From an uncultured Ardenticatenales bacterium (lineage in GTDB: Bacteria; Chloroflexota; Anaerolineae; Ardenticatenales; JAADHH01), in contig CAZDTE010000001.1 in the NCBI GenBank assembly GCA_964508275.1, forward strand, positions 26,941 to 83,815: DNA of 56,875 bases, given 5' to 3'. The notes beneath the pieces were generated by a model. It did no database searches. It saw nothing but the letters and a program-made list of their open reading frames with translations, and was not told the DNA's origin. Position numbers and translations under genes: made by a program. The stretch's first letter is position 1, and the number at the start of each line of letters is the position of its first letter. This document shows, piece by piece, positions 33,727-42,343 of the stretch.

Positions 33727-34500
33727 GTGAAGGAAAAATCGCCGTTTCCGTTCAGTATGATCGAAAAAATGATGCCGCTGTTTCCCACTATCGCCGTGAT
33801 GGGTTGGCTGATCGTGCTGGCATCGTTTCTGGTCGGCTTCTTCATCTTCAGCCCCGCCCAGGCGACCTTCTTCGCGGACGCCAAAGCCGTCCGCGAGGGG
33901 GCCGTAGCTGGCAGCACCTTTGTACAGGCCAACACCACGATCCACGTCACCAAAGCCTGGCTGCCGCAGTTCAAGTTCTTTGGGCTCGGTTTGGGGCTGC
34001 TGGCGATCACCATGGCCTTGGGCATCATCGCCAAACGGCTACGCCACATGGGCCAGGTGATCACCGGGCACATTCCGGCTCACGCCCGCCCAACCATGCC
34101 CGCCCCGCCAAAGCTGGTACGCGTGTTCCAGTCCAGCGCCATGATGGGCGTCATGGTCCTGCTGGCGGCGCTCATCATCGGCACCGTTTTGGCGACCGGC
34201 GTGGTTCCGGCCTACTGGAGCCATTCCATAGCCAGCGAGCTGAACGCGGCTCAACCGGGCTCGGCACTGCTGGCCCAATTGGGCGTCGTGAGCAGCTTCG
34301 CGTGGTGGCTCAACCCGCTGCGCATGGTTGGCATGGCCTTCCTGTTCACGGCCATCACGCTCGCCCTGGTCGTGATCATCGGCACCCTGCGTTTGCAGGC
34401 CACCTTGCTGGTCAAGTACTACCGGGGCGTCACCGGCGAACAAGAGCCGGTGATCACCGGCACCACCACCCGCGAACCGGAATACGTTCCGACCGGGTAA
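33727..34500 (+). CDS. Membrane protein, two copies of the module (paralog 3 of 3)
   Basis: GTG start with AAGGAGAG 6 nt upstream. QATFFADAKAVREGAVAGS...AWLPQFKFFGLGLGLLAITMAL and GSALLAQLGVVSSFAWWLNPLRMVGMAFLFTAITLAL. The inter-module hinge PAHARPTMPAPP matches PAEKRPQMPATP in paralog 1. Confidence 0.75.
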   Translation: MKEKSPFPFSMIEKMMPLFPTIAVMGWLIVLASFLVGFFIFSPAQATFFADAKAVREGAVAGSTFVQANTTIHVTKAWLPQFKFFGLGLGLLAITMALGIIAKRLRHMGQVITGHIPAHARPTMPAPPKLVRVFQSSAMMGVMVLLAALIIGTVLATGVVPAYWSHSIASELNAAQPGSALLAQLGVVSSFAWWLNPLRMVGMAFLFTAITLALVVIIGTLRLQATLLVKYYRGVTGEQEPVITGTTTREPEYVPTG

Positions 34501-34525
34501 CCTGGGCCAACCGGTACATCCCACA

Positions 34526-34562
34526 CCCCTCCCCGTGGTTCCTCCTCCGCCACGGGGAGGGG
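34526..34562 (+). repeat. 13-bp perfect G/C hairpin (CCCCTCCCCGTGG/CCACGGGGAGGGG) 26 nt after the trio; possible terminator without a U-tract
   Basis: Arms at 34526-34538 and 34550-34562 with an 11-nt loop. It belongs to the same CCCCTCCCC/GGGGAGGGG hairpin class as 32092-32116. Confidence 0.6.
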
Positions 34563-34626
34563 GCTCGAAACGAAGAAGTTCTACTTCGGCGAGAAGTCGA
34601 ACGCCTCACTTGCTCACATTCGCCAA

Positions 34627-34655
34627 TTGACCAGACCCCACTGGTATGCTACAAT
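34627..34655 (+). promoter_or_regulatory. Promoter TTGACC-N17-TACAAT placed 6 nt before the ATG (leaderless mRNA predicted)
   Basis: -35 at 34627-34632, 17-nt spacer, -10 at 34650-34655, ATG at 34662. There is no Shine-Dalgarno sequence. Confidence 0.5.
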
Positions 34656-34661
34656 TACCCC

Positions 34662-35303
34662 ATGAATGAAGATCCGGCCTCCGTTGTGGAACGAGGCTAT
34701 GACGAGAGGGCCGAGTCGTTCGCGACTCGTTGGTTCGGGGCTCGCGTCGAACCGTTGACCGGCATGTTCGCCAACCGGCTGGCGCCCGGCTCGCGCGTGG
34801 TTGACCTGGGCTGCGGACCGGGCCGGGATGCGGTCCGCCTGGCAGCGCTAGGCATGCGCGTTTTCGGGCTCGACCGGTCCGCGGGGGTGCTCGACGAAGC
34901 CCGCCGCCGGCAGGTGACCACGCCGCTGATCCGGGCGGACATCCGCCGGATTCCGCTTGCCGATCACTGCCTGGACGGGGTCTGGGCCTGCGCGTCGTTT
35001 CTGCACCTGCCGCGCCGGGACCTGGCAATCGCCCTGGCCGAATGCCGGCGCGTGCTGAAACCGCGTGGCGTCATGGCCCTGGCGATGAAGCAGGGCACCG
35101 GCGAGGGATGGGAAGATCGGGATGGCACGCCCCTCTTCTTCGCCTATTACCAGGCCCAGGAATTGACCCGCGCTCTGCGGCATTGCGGCTTCCGGCCGGA
35201 AACATGGTGGCATCAGAATGATTCCGCCGGCCGGTCCACCGGTTGGATAAACGTCCTGGCCCGGTTGGAGAGCGACGAGCAGGAGACCGGGCAAACAGAG
35301 TAG
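34662..35303 (+). CDS. Class I SAM-dependent methyltransferase
   Basis: This is the last 214 codons of ORF-track entry 33804..35303. Motif I VVDLGCGPGRDA and post-I FGLDRS; LKPRGVMAL. Confidence 0.85.
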   Translation: MNEDPASVVERGYDERAESFATRWFGARVEPLTGMFANRLAPGSRVVDLGCGPGRDAVRLAALGMRVFGLDRSAGVLDEARRRQVTTPLIRADIRRIPLADHCLDGVWACASFLHLPRRDLAIALAECRRVLKPRGVMALAMKQGTGEGWEDRDGTPLFFAYYQAQELTRALRHCGFRPETWWHQNDSAGRSTGWINVLARLESDEQETGQTE

Positions 35304-35307
35304 ACCC

Positions 35308-36078
35308 ATGGCGACGTTCCTGGAACGGGTAACCGAATGTGAACACCAGGCCTACCGGATCTTGGAAGCGGGCATCTTGAGCACGCGACTCGAACGGGAG
35401 CGCGGGGTTGCGCTGCTTACCTGCCCAGGCCTGCCCGGCCCGCGATTCAACCACCTGGCGTTGATCCGCGTGCCGGCGGCCGACGACGCGGCCACCGTGG
35501 CGCTGGCCCGGCGCAAGCTGGCCGGCACCGGCATAAGCCCGCCGGCGCTGGCGCTCTCGCCGGCCAGCTTCCCGCCCACGCTTGCCGCTCTCGCGCCGGG
35601 GGCAGGGATGAAGCCTTGGTTAACCGAGAGCTGGCTGGTGTTTGAACGGGATTCCTTGGCCACGCTCGGCCCCATGTCCGCCGGACGGCCCGTTTCGCGG
35701 GCCTCCAGCCGCGGCCACGTCAGGGCGGGGCTGGGGCTACTAACCGGCCAGGCCCCGGCAGAAAGCGCACCGCAAAACGACGAACTTGAGAGTTTGCTAT
35801 GGCTGGCTTCGCTGCAAGATGGCGCGGAACTGGCGGCTCTGATTGTCGCTTGGAAAGAAGACGCCGTCGTGTACGTGGGAGGACAGCACGCTCACACTTC
35901 GGCGGCCTATCAGGGCATCGCTCGCGATGTCCTGCACCGTCAACCCGATCTGGCCAGGCTGACACTTGTCATCCCGGGGCCGGACATCGCCGCGCCTCAA
36001 GCGGTGCCGCCACTCCCGGCGGGCGCCTGGGCTTTTCGGCGCACGATCTTTGCGAAACAGGAGGGAGATGGGGAATGA
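35308..36078 (+). CDS. Hypothetical protein (possibly GNAT-like, not established)
   Basis: 256-aa ORF tightly packed between the MTase (a 4-nt gap) and coaD (ATGA overlap). I see no motif I can name with confidence. Confidence 0.55.
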   Translation: MATFLERVTECEHQAYRILEAGILSTRLERERGVALLTCPGLPGPRFNHLALIRVPAADDAATVALARRKLAGTGISPPALALSPASFPPTLAALAPGAGMKPWLTESWLVFERDSLATLGPMSAGRPVSRASSRGHVRAGLGLLTGQAPAESAPQNDELESLLWLASLQDGAELAALIVAWKEDAVVYVGGQHAHTSAAYQGIARDVLHRQPDLARLTLVIPGPDIAAPQAVPPLPAGAWAFRRTIFAKQEGDGE

Positions 36079-36572
36079 CAGATTCATCGGTCGTATTCCC
36101 TGGCAGTTTCGATCCACCCACGGCCGGACATCTGCACGTCATTGAACGAGCTTCCGCTTTGTTCCCCCGTGTGGTGGTGGCTGTGGGACACAACCCGCGC
36201 AAGCGCTCTGCCTTCACCGTCGCCGAGCGGCTGCGGATGCTGGAACAGGCCACTGCCCACCTGGACAACGTGACGATCAAAAGCTTCAGCGGGCTGCTCG
36301 TTGACTTCCTGAAGCAGAATGACGCTCACGTTCTCCTCAAGGGCCTGCGGCGCGTCGAGGATTTCGCCAACGAGTGGCAGCAGGCACGCGCCAACAGGGC
36401 CTTGCTCCCCGGTGTAGAAACGGTATTCCTGATCAGCGACGCCCATCTGATGTACTTCGGGTCCACGCTGGTCCGTGAGGTCGCGCATCTGGGCGGCAAC
36501 ACCAGGGGCCTGGTCTCCGATGACATCCAGGCCCAACTGGAAAAACAGGCCGATCCATGGCTGAATCCCTAA
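36075..36572 (+). CDS. coaD: Phosphopantetheine adenylyltransferase
   Basis: MTDSSVVFPGSFDPPTAGHLHVIERASALFPRVVVAV (T/HxGH motif). This is the homologous part of ORF-track entry 35799..36572. Confidence 0.92.
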   Translation: MTDSSVVFPGSFDPPTAGHLHVIERASALFPRVVVAVGHNPRKRSAFTVAERLRMLEQATAHLDNVTIKSFSGLLVDFLKQNDAHVLLKGLRRVEDFANEWQQARANRALLPGVETVFLISDAHLMYFGSTLVREVAHLGGNTRGLVSDDIQAQLEKQADPWLNP

Positions 36573-37390
36573 ACCGCCCGGAGGTGCGCCTCCTCGCCTT
36601 AGATCTGGACGGGACGCTCATCGACCACGACCTCCGGCTTTCGCCCCGTCTGAAACGCGCGGTGGCCGCCGCGACGGCTTCTGGTGTGACCGTCACGCTG
36701 GCCACGGGGCGCATGGTGCGGGAGACTCTGCCCTACGCGACTCAACTTGGCCTGACCGCGCCGCTCGTTTGCCACCAGGGGGCTCTGATTTCGCAAGGGG
36801 CCGAGGTTCTGTACCACCAGGCGTTGCCGCGGGTGCTGGCGACGCCGGTCCTCTCGTTTGCCCAGGAACATGGCATCCACGTCAACGTGTACATCGGCGA
36901 CTCGCTGTTCGTGCGCGAAATGACCCGCGCCGCCGAGAACTACGAGCGCTATTCGCCGGGGATAAAGATTCAGGTTGTCGGGGATCTGCTCCCGTTCATG
37001 GCGGACAGGGAGGCGACCAAGCTGCTGCTCATCGACAAAGAGGGAGCGGTGGATTCGTGGTGGCCCACGGTGCGCAGCCAGTGGAGCGAAGCGATGCAGG
37101 TCGTCCGGTCCCATGCCAACCTGGTGGAGTTCACACACCTCGATACGTCCAAAGGGGCCGCGCTCGACTTCCTGTCCCGGCGACTGAACATCCCCCGAGA
37201 GACCGCGATGGCCATTGGGGACAACCACAATGATGTGAGCATGATCCGGTGGGCCGGCATCGGCGTGGCCATGGGCGGTGGGCACCCCGCTGTGCTGGCC
37301 GCCGCCGACTACGTGGCTCCTCCCTTCGTCGAAGACGGCGCTGCCGAAGCGATCGAAAGATTCGTCTTGGGCCAGTCAACGGAGGCTTGA
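36557..37390 (+). CDS. Cof-type HAD-IIB phosphatase
   Basis: LLALDLDGTLI (motif I), TLATGR, GDNHNDVSMIRWAGIGVAMG (motif IV). Confidence 0.88.
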   Translation: MAESLNRPEVRLLALDLDGTLIDHDLRLSPRLKRAVAAATASGVTVTLATGRMVRETLPYATQLGLTAPLVCHQGALISQGAEVLYHQALPRVLATPVLSFAQEHGIHVNVYIGDSLFVREMTRAAENYERYSPGIKIQVVGDLLPFMADREATKLLLIDKEGAVDSWWPTVRSQWSEAMQVVRSHANLVEFTHLDTSKGAALDFLSRRLNIPRETAMAIGDNHNDVSMIRWAGIGVAMGGGHPAVLAAADYVAPPFVEDGAAEAIERFVLGQSTEA

Positions 37391-37415
37391 CGTCCTAGCG
37401 TAATCGTGTTATAAT
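37387..37415 (+). promoter_or_regulatory. Promoter TTGACG-N17-TATAAT with TG extension, driving tRNA-Arg
   Basis: -35 at 37387-37392 (overlapping the HAD stop codon), 17-nt spacer, -10 at 37410-37415. The tRNA starts at 37427. Confidence 0.6.
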
Positions 37416-37426
37416 GTTCCTATCCT

Positions 37427-37499
37427 GCCCCGGTAGCTCAGTGGACAGAGCGGCTGCCTTCTAAGCAGCGGGCCAGGGGTTCGAATCCCTTCCGGGGCG
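37427..37499 (+). tRNA. tRNA-Arg (anticodon TCT)
   Basis: GCCCCGG/CCGGGGC acceptor stem, D-arm GCTCAGTGGACAGAGC, anticodon stem GCTGC/GCAGC with loop CTTCTAA, T-arm GGGGTTCGAATCCCT. Length 73 nt; CCA is not encoded. Confidence 0.93.
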
Positions 37500-37577
37500 C
37501 TGAGCACTGCTGGTAGTAGTTCGTGAGCACCTAACCCCTACATCTTGTGGTGGTGAACAGAAGGGGGTACAGCCGTC

Positions 37578-38309
37578 ATGACGACTCGCCAACTGCCTCC
37601 CATGTCGCTCAAACGTGCTCGGGACATCTTCGCCCTACACCTCGAAGCCTCTGGTTGCTCGCTGCGCACCTTGGTTTACTACGCTTATGTGCTGTCCTCA
37701 TTCTTTGCCTTCCTTGCTCAGTATAACCGTTGCCGGCCCGGTTGACATCGCCCCAACCCATATCCTATACTGCTTCCTGCACCTGAGACAACGCGGTGTC
37801 CGCGACATCACCGTCCACACCCACGCGCGAGGCATCAAGGCCTGGCTCAACTTCCTGGCGCGTGAGGGTGTCATCGGCGACAACCCGATGGCCAAGGTGG
37901 CCATGCCGGTGGTCAAGAAGCGACTCAAGCCGGCCTTCACCCAAGGCGAGGTCAAGAAGCTCCTGAAGACGTGCTGCTCCCGGCGGGACAGGGCCATCAT
38001 CTCTGCCTGCTGGAGCAAGAAATACTGAGTGGGGCCGTTTGGAGGGGGGAGAGGGGGCCGCTCACGGCCAGTGGGATCACACAGCTACTCCGCAGAGTGG
38101 CGCAGCGGGCCGGTGTAATGAACGTCCACCCCCACCGTTTCCGCCGCACCTTCGCCAACTGGACCCTGAAAGGCGGCATGGACGGCCACTACCTGCGCTG
38201 GCTCCTGGGCCACTCCAGCATGGACATGGTCGCCCGGTACCTGGCCCCGACCAGGCAAGACCTGGAGCAAAGCCACGCCCAGGCCAGCCCCATTGACAAC
38301 TGGCTCTGA
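37578..38309 (+). pseudogene. Tyrosine recombinase / phage-type integrase, with at least two frame disruptions and an internal deletion
   Basis: Frame 1 from ATG 37578 gives MTTRQLPPMSLKRARDIFALHLEASGCSLRTLVYYAYVLSSFFAFLAQYNRCRPG*. Homology continues in the frame of 37615..38028 (VDIAPTHILYCFLHLRQRGVRDITVHTHARGIKAWLNFLAREGVIGDNPM...RDRAII). It then continues in the frame of 37971..38309 (GERGPLTASGITQLLRRVAQRAGVMNVHPHRFRRTFANW...LLGHSSMDMVARYL). The segment holding catalytic Arg-I appears to be missing. Confidence 0.8.
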
Positions 38310-38398
38310 CCCCCTCCGACCGTGAGCGTATCGTGCTGGGGACATGCAGGTGAGTAAAACGGGGCGGCGGGCTCCGTAAAAGGGTCTGAAAAAAGGAG

Positions 38399-39013
38399 GT
38401 GTACGGGGACGATTATGCCCAGACCCATCCAGAGGCGGAGGCTTTGAAGCGGGACGTCTATCACATCTTCAATGCTCAGACCAAACGGACGGCCCAGAAG
38501 CGCTACGGGGAGGTGATGGCCCAGCGGGAGCGGTACGTGCAGGAGACCCCTGCCGCGGCCGCCATCTTTGACTGTAAGTGTTCAGGGGCTACCTTGGAAA
38601 CACCTGCTTCAACCTCTTTTTTGCCACGAATTCGTAGCAGATTTAGGGGGTGCTGAACGGTTACCTTTGACTTTCTGGAGCGGCACTGGCCCACGCTGGT
38701 CAATGGCATCGAGAGTGACCTGATCCCGACGACCAACAATACGATGGAATTGGTCATTCGGCGGTTCGATCAGCGCTACCAGAACTTCTGCGGCTTCGAG
38801 AGCCTGGAGAGTGCGCGACTTTTCCTGGGGGTGTTCGAGAAAGTGTACCGCTTCACCCCCTTTTCGCCAGACGCGCAGCCCCGGATACGGGGGCAGTGCC
38901 CGCTGCAGCTGGCCGGCTACGACATCAGCCAGCTACCGATGGCCTCCCTCTGCGCCGGCCTCAGCATGATCTGGACCACGGAGGCAGCCCAAAACCATGT
39001 CCCCAGCTTGTGA
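38399..39013 (+). pseudogene. C-terminal fragment of a DDE-type transposase (family not assigned), split by a 99-bp in-frame insertion
   Basis: ORF-track entries 38399..38656 and 38744..39013 are in the same frame. ...ETPAAAAIFD | insertion with TGA | FDFLERHWPTLVNGIESDLIPTTNNTMELVIRRFDQRYQNFCGFESLESARLFLGVFEKVYRFTPFSPDAQPRIRGQCPLQLAGYD. The N-terminal catalytic part is absent. Confidence 0.65.
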
Positions 39014-39030
39014 CGGTGTCTACCCGCTCC

Positions 39031-39059
39031 TTGCAGTTACTCCGAGGTTGCGATATAAT
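39031..39059 (+). promoter_or_regulatory. Promoter TTGCAG-N17-TATAAT upstream of mutL
   Basis: -35 at 39031-39036, 17-nt spacer, -10 at 39054-39059, ATG at 39100. Confidence 0.5.
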
Positions 39060-39099
39060 TGGACCCCGAAACGCAACGAGATGGCGAGGAGTATAGCCG

Positions 39100-40818
39100 A
39101 TGAACATACGGGTATTACCACCCGAAGTGTCCAACCAGATCGCCGCCGGCGAAGTGGTCGAGCGCCCGGCATCGGTCGCCAAGGAACTGGTAGAGAACTC
39201 GCTGGACGCCGGGGCGACCGACATCCGGGTCGAGATTCGCAGCGGCGGCCGGAAATCCATCCGCGTGCGTGACAACGGGCATGGCATCCCGGCCGCCGGG
39301 GTGGAGACCGCCTTCGCCCGCCACTCGACGAGCAAGGTGCGCCAGGCAGATGATCTGTTCGACATCCATACGCTCGGTTTCCGTGGCGAAGCGTTGCCCA
39401 GCATAGCGGCGATCTCGATGGTCACATTGATCACTCGCGCCGAGGGCGAGGAAGACGGGAGCCTCGTCCAGTTGGAAGGGGGCAAGATCACAGCCCACCA
39501 GCCCCAGGGGTCGCCATCGGGCACCACGGTGACCGTTGAGAACCTCTTCTTCAACACGCCGGCTCGCCGGAAGTTTCTGCGCAGCACGGCGACCGAATCG
39601 GCCTGGATCGCGAGCCTGATCTCTAGCTACGCCCTGGCCTATCCGGAATGTCGATTCACCCTGATTAGCGACGGCCGGCGGGCCCTCCAATCTTCCGGCA
39701 GCGGAAAACTGCAAGACGCACTCGTCGCCGTCTATGGGTTGGATGTTTCCAGGCAGATGCTCGCGCTACCCGAAGATGACGAACCGATACGCGTATCAGG
39801 ATTCATAAGTGCTCCCTCCTTGCACCGGGCAAGCCGAAAGTACATGACGGTCTTCGTGAACCGGCGTTTGGTGCGGGATGCCATGCTGAATGCCGCCATC
39901 ACCCAGGCCTATCGTAGCGTCGTTCCGACCGGGCGTTTCCCTGTCGTCGTGCTCGATCTGCGGGTGCCAGCTCGTGACCTGGATGTGAATGTGCATCCGG
40001 CGAAGACCGAGGTGAAGTTTCGTGACCCGAATGCTGTCTTCCAAGCTGTGCAACGAAAGGCCCGCCGGCTGCTGGCGGACGAAGCGCCGGTGGCCATGGC
40101 TCAACATCTCAGCGCAGGTCAGACCGGCACGGGCGTCGGGGCTTTCTCGGTTGGGGGCCAGGGCGCACTGGCCCTGGGAGTCCAGCGCGCGGCTCCCGAA
40201 ACAGGGGAGGGTTCTGTGCCGCTGCTCGATGAGCGGATGCCCACACGCCTGCCGGTGCTCCGCGTACTCGGACAAATACATCAGACGTACATCATCGCCG
40301 AAGGCCCCGATGGGCTGTACCTGATCGACCAACACACCGCTCACGAGCGGGTGCTGCTGGAGCGGCTGCGCGCGCAGCGAGCCCGTATGTCCGTGCCCAG
40401 CCAATCACTGCTCGAACCGGTAGCTGTCGAGTTGACGCCAGAGCAGCAGGCAGTCGTGGAGGAGCAGGCGGAGGCCCTGGCCCAGTTGGGGTTTAAGTTA
40501 GAACCGTTCGGCGGCAACACCTGGCTGGCCCGCTCGATCCCGGAGGTCTTGCGCGGCAAGGATGTGGTGTCTGCGCTGGCGGAGATCATTGACAATGCGC
40601 GCGCAGACCGCTCGGAGTTGAGTTGGGAGGATCGAATCCTGATGTACGCTGCCTGCCGAGGAGCTGTGAAGGCCGGCGATCCGCTCAACCTGGAGGAAAT
40701 GCGGTCCCTTATTCGCCAACTCGAGGAAACCGATATGAGTCACACCTGCGCCCATGGCCGTCCCACCGTTATCCGCCTGAGCCAGGCACAACTGGAACGG
40801 GAATTCGGGCGACGGTAG
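39100..40818 (+). CDS. mutL: DNA mismatch repair protein MutL
   Basis: IRVLPPEVSNQIAAGEVVERPASVAKELVENSLDAGAT (GHKL ATPase N-terminus) and a C-terminal dimerisation domain with QTYIIAEGPDGLYLIDQHTAHERV. Confidence 0.93.
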   Translation: MNIRVLPPEVSNQIAAGEVVERPASVAKELVENSLDAGATDIRVEIRSGGRKSIRVRDNGHGIPAAGVETAFARHSTSKVRQADDLFDIHTLGFRGEALPSIAAISMVTLITRAEGEEDGSLVQLEGGKITAHQPQGSPSGTTVTVENLFFNTPARRKFLRSTATESAWIASLISSYALAYPECRFTLISDGRRALQSSGSGKLQDALVAVYGLDVSRQMLALPEDDEPIRVSGFISAPSLHRASRKYMTVFVNRRLVRDAMLNAAITQAYRSVVPTGRFPVVVLDLRVPARDLDVNVHPAKTEVKFRDPNAVFQAVQRKARRLLADEAPVAMAQHLSAGQTGTGVGAFSVGGQGALALGVQRAAPETGEGSVPLLDERMPTRLPVLRVLGQIHQTYIIAEGPDGLYLIDQHTAHERVLLERLRAQRARMSVPSQSLLEPVAVELTPEQQAVVEEQAEALAQLGFKLEPFGGNTWLARSIPEVLRGKDVVSALAEIIDNARADRSELSWEDRILMYAACRGAVKAGDPLNLEEMRSLIRQLEETDMSHTCAHGRPTVIRLSQAQLEREFGRR

Positions 40819-40825
40819 GAGAACA

Positions 40826-41806
40826 ATGAATGGAGGCTTTCACTTGTCAACCTGTCTAGTCACCGGCGCGGCTGGCTTCATCGGCTCTCATCTTGCCGAA
40901 CGGCTGGCAGCCGAAGGGCATCGGGTCATCGGCGTGGACTGTTTCACGGATTATTACGCTCGACCGCTCAAGGAACGAAACATGGCTGCCTTGCACGGCC
41001 ACCGGGGGTTCACCTTCATTGAGGCCGATTTGTTGGAGATGGATCTGCCGGCCCTGCTGCGCGGCGAGCTTCTGGGCGGTGACGAGCCGGTTGATCTGGT
41101 GTTCCACCAGGCGGCCCAGGCCGGCGTGCGAGCCAGTTGGGGCCGGCAATTCGAGGTCTACACGCGCAACAATATCCTCGTCACCCAGCGATTACTGGAA
41201 GCGGCCAAAGGAACGACGTTGCGGAAGTTTGTCTTCGCCTCCTCTTCGTCGGTCTATGGCGACGCCGAGCAGTACCCCACCGCCGAAAACCTGCGTCCCC
41301 AACCGGTCTCGCCCTACGGCGTGACCAAGCTGGCCGCAGAGCACCTGGCCTATCTCTACTGGAAGAACTTCGCCGTGCCGACGATCAGCCTGCGCTACTT
41401 CACCGTCTACGGCCCTCGCCAGCGTCCCGACATGGCCTTTCACCGGTTCATCCGCGCCCTACTGGACGGGGAAACGATCACCGTCTATGGCGATGGCGAG
41501 CAAAGCCGTGATTTCACCTACGTAGCCGATGCCGCGCAGGCGAATCTACTGGCGGCACAGAGCAGCGTGGCCGGCGAGGTGTTCAACATCGGCGGCGGAT
41601 CGCGCGTGACGGTGAACGAGGTATTGAGCCTGTTGGCCGAATTGACGGGGCGGACAGCGGACGTGAAACGCACGTCAAACCAGAAAGGGGACGTGCGCCA
41701 CACCGCTGCCGACACCTCCCGCGCCCGGCAACTGTTGGGTTACGCACCGCGCGTCTCTCTGCGCGCCGGTCTGGAGCAGATGGTTGCCTGGATGAGGCGG
41801 GGGTGA
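40826..41806 (+). CDS. NAD-dependent sugar-nucleotide epimerase/dehydratase (extended SDR)
   Basis: VTGAAGFIGSHL Rossmann motif, catalytic YGVTK (YxxxK), SSSSVYG. Confidence 0.88.
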   Translation: MNGGFHLSTCLVTGAAGFIGSHLAERLAAEGHRVIGVDCFTDYYARPLKERNMAALHGHRGFTFIEADLLEMDLPALLRGELLGGDEPVDLVFHQAAQAGVRASWGRQFEVYTRNNILVTQRLLEAAKGTTLRKFVFASSSSVYGDAEQYPTAENLRPQPVSPYGVTKLAAEHLAYLYWKNFAVPTISLRYFTVYGPRQRPDMAFHRFIRALLDGETITVYGDGEQSRDFTYVADAAQANLLAAQSSVAGEVFNIGGGSRVTVNEVLSLLAELTGRTADVKRTSNQKGDVRHTAADTSRARQLLGYAPRVSLRAGLEQMVAWMRRG

Positions 41807-41905
41807 TGAGCAACCTGTTGGCTGCTCGCTCAAGGGTCCTCGTGATCCGTTGAAGATCGGCGATTCGTCGTAGCTGGCCACACCGATTGGCGAGGTGGAC
41901 CGGGT

Positions 41906-42343
41906 TCAAGAAACTCCGGTGGTGATGTAGTTTTCGAGTTGCTCTATCAGGAATACCTGGTCGGAGATGACGGCCTTGACCACGTCCCCGATGGAGATCA
42001 CGCCGGCCAGCCGCCCGTCTTCCAGAACGGGCAAATGGCGTACGCGCTTGCTGGTCATCAATGCCATGCACTCTTCGGCTGTTTGGTCCGTGCGCACACA
42101 CACCATCCGACGCGTCATGATCTCCCGCACAAATGTGTCGGAAGCTGACTTGCCCTGGAGGCTCACCTTTCGAGCGTAGTCCCGCTCCGACATGATTCCG
42201 ACCACACCCTGCTTATCCATCACCAGCACGGCACCGACGTCTTGCTCGGCCATGAGCCTGAGCGCATCGAGCACCGTGTCATCCGGGGCAACTGACCAAA
42301 TGTCGCGCCCCTTTACCCGCAGAATCCCGGCGACCGTCTTCAT
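41906..42343 (-). CDS. CBS-pair domain protein
   Basis: The homologous part of ORF-track entry 41906..42484 starts at ATG 42343: MKTVAGILRVKGRDIWSVAPDDTVLDALRLMAEQDVGAVLVMD...VRHLPVLEDGRLAGVISIGDVV. Confidence 0.85.
   Translation of the reverse strand: MKTVAGILRVKGRDIWSVAPDDTVLDALRLMAEQDVGAVLVMDKQGVVGIMSERDYARKVSLQGKSASDTFVREIMTRRMVCVRTDQTAEECMALMTSKRVRHLPVLEDGRLAGVISIGDVVKAVISDQVFLIEQLENYITTGVS

Noticed and set aside
33804-34661. N-terminal 285 codons of the 499-aa ORF 33804..35303
   Set aside because: This part overlaps the third membrane-protein gene out of frame and is Arg/Gly/His-rich. Only the part from ATG 34662 shows methyltransferase motifs, and a promoter sits directly upstream of that ATG.
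37500-39100. Search for a direct repeat of the tRNA-Arg 3' end (attR) to delimit an intact genomic island
   Set aside because: I could not find a convincing copy of GGTTCGAATCCCTTCCGGGGCG or its 3' part by eye within the window. I therefore describe only a decayed remnant, not a bounded island.
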